Source of the DNA: Amphiscolops sp. MND2022
Lineage: Eukaryota
Assembly: GCA_964187785.1 (NCBI GenBank)
Contig: OZ076409.1
Span: 18,168,001 to 18,232,000 of the forward strand
DNA length: 64,000 nucleotides
Direction of reading: 5' to 3'
In this document: in pieces, positions 62,417-64,000 of the stretch
How positions within the stretch are numbered: position 1 is the first letter of the stretch
Layout: every line of letters starts with the position of its first letter
Translations under genes and position numbers: made by a program
The notes under the pieces: model-generated
The model's input: the letters and a program-made list of their open reading frames with translations, nothing else
The model's database searches: none
Told to the model about the DNA's origin: nothing

Positions 62417-64000
62417 ATGCCTACTACAAGGAAACAAAAGAAAGCTAGAAAGTCTAGAGGAATTGAGATGCTTTCTGACTTGGAGAACCTTGACATAATG
62501 CTAGGGGAAAACCACTTCAATAGAAATGAAAGGGACGGAAGTGTTAGTAGCAATTTCGGCAGAAGGCCTGGTAGTACCTCTGCAGATGAACTAGGAAGTA
62601 ATGGTGAAAACAGGCACTCAGCCACAAGGGACATTGATCCTGCTAATAATGCCGATTATGGTCGAAACTCAATTGGTGGCAACTCTAGTGCTGAGATTAA
62701 CAAGTTGTCAAGTGAATTGAACTCTAGATTATCAAGAGAGTTAGATGATATGATGTGTAGTGTCAATTCTCAGATCCAAAGGGCAATTAGTGATGCAATA
62801 AGCAACCAAGTACTCCCACAAATCCAATCCGCCCTTAGTGCCGGGTCAGGACACATGACACAAAACAGATGGGACATTCCGTCCGAGAGACCGGAAATAA
62901 ATTCCGAAGGACTGCAAAATACTAACCCCAAAGACAGTTCAACTAGCAAGCATAACCATGACCATCAGAATGATGGTGGTATTAATTTAAATGCTTACGA
63001 CATGGTGACAGGAGACAACGAATCTCCGAATCAAGTTCCTGAGTTTCTCACAGGACGGATTCTATCGCGGAATCATCTTGACCAGTCCTATGAAGACATC
63101 AACCTTAACACGACGATCCCAGCACAAGAAAGACCCGCTCCGGTTGCCGAATCTGATCCAATTACTAGACTGGCAGATGTCTTGACAAACATGCAGAATC
63201 GACCAACAGCCCAACAACTCACCATACGCCCGGTCAACTCAAATACCATGACCTTTGACGGCAAAAGTGAGAAATTTGAACTGTTCGAAGATCTGTTTCA
63301 TACTATGATCAAGATGCAGCCAGAAATGACTGAACAAATGAAGATTAACCATTTCCACTCGCTTTTGAGGAAGAATGCTCTTCAGACGTTCAGAAATATC
63401 AACTCGACCAACCGACAGACTCTTGAAGACGTTTTGGTCATTTTCCGACGAAAATACGTCAAACCCGAGTCACAAGCGACTGCCAAGCACAAATGGCACC
63501 GCTTGGTCTTTGATCCCAACACGATGAAATTACCGGATTTCCTTGAAGAATTGAATCAAGGGGCAGAAAAAGCATTCGGCGATCATGCACAAAAAATGAT
63601 TGACAGCCTATTGTACGCAAAACTGCCTCCGAAACTCAAGCGATCAGTCAACATGGCCAGATTAGAAAATGGCTCTTACGACGAAATAGTTGCTCATTTG
63701 GAGAGGGAACTAGAGCTTAACGCCCTTGAGGAGTCAGATGACCTACCCATGGCAACAATGACCTCCTCATCCTCCAAGACTAAAACCCCTCTGTCCACTA
63801 ATCAAATGTCAGATATAACTTGCAACTACTGCAAGGAAAAGGGCCACATGGTCAAAGACTGTGAAAAACTCAAAAAGAAGAAAGAAAAAGATGCCCAACA
63901 AGGCAAATCGACGGAGAAGAAAACGTACCCTAAATGCGGGACTTGTGGCAAGAAAAATCATCCAGAGGAGCGATGTTGGCAGGGAGCAGGTGCTCACTTG
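62417..64000 (+). CDS. LTR retrotransposon gag, open to the window end
   Basis: MPTTRKQKK...MTFDGKSEKFELFEDLF...KINHFHSLLR, with Zn knuckles CNYCKEKGHMVKDC and CGTCGKKNHPEERC. Confidence 0.85.
   Translation, partial: MPTTRKQKKARKSRGIEMLSDLENLDIMLGENHFNRNERDGSVSSNFGRRPGSTSADELGSNGENRHSATRDIDPANNADYGRNSIGGNSSAEINKLSSELNSRLSRELDDMMCSVNSQIQRAISDAISNQVLPQIQSALSAGSGHMTQNRWDIPSERPEINSEGLQNTNPKDSSTSKHNHDHQNDGGINLNAYDMVTGDNESPNQVPEFLTGRILSRNHLDQSYEDINLNTTIPAQERPAPVAESDPITRLADVLTNMQNRPTAQQLTIRPVNSNTMTFDGKSEKFELFEDLFHTMIKMQPEMTEQMKINHFHSLLRKNALQTFRNINSTNRQTLEDVLVIFRRKYVKPESQATAKHKWHRLVFDPNTMKLPDFLEELNQGAEKAFGDHAQKMIDSLLYAKLPPKLKRSVNMARLENGSYDEIVAHLERELELNALEESDDLPMATMTSSSSKTKTPLSTNQMSDITCNYCKEKGHMVKDCEKLKKKKEKDAQQGKSTEKKTYPKCGTCGKKNHPEERCWQGAGAHL

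Overview
AT-rich, intron-containing animal genomic DNA, not prokaryotic. An acoel-like origin is a tentative guess based on a recalled spliced-leader sequence. The window holds one host gene, a minus-strand TTLL11-like tubulin polyglutamylase with 11 phase-consistent exons plus a probable first exon (about 16393-37115). Everything else is mostly mobile DNA: degraded and duplicated Gypsy pieces (0.7-8.5 kb); a full-length young Gypsy LTR element inside a TTLL11 intron; two CRE-clade (RT plus restriction-like endonuclease) non-LTR elements; an internally deleted Polinton/Maverick carrying an EGF-like gene; a degenerate APE-RT LINE; a Gypsy gag running off the right end; and many MITE and Helentron-like repeats. 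The main discovery is that two unrelated non-LTR retrotransposons (the CRE element and the APE-type LINE) both begin at their 5' end with the same spliced-leader-like sequence GCCTAATTGTTGTGATAAACTT(ATT)AAATAG. In the CRE element it is followed by a GT...AG intron-like segment ending 1 nt before an unusual SGNH-esterase ORF1. This suggests retrotransposons that exploit SL trans-splicing.
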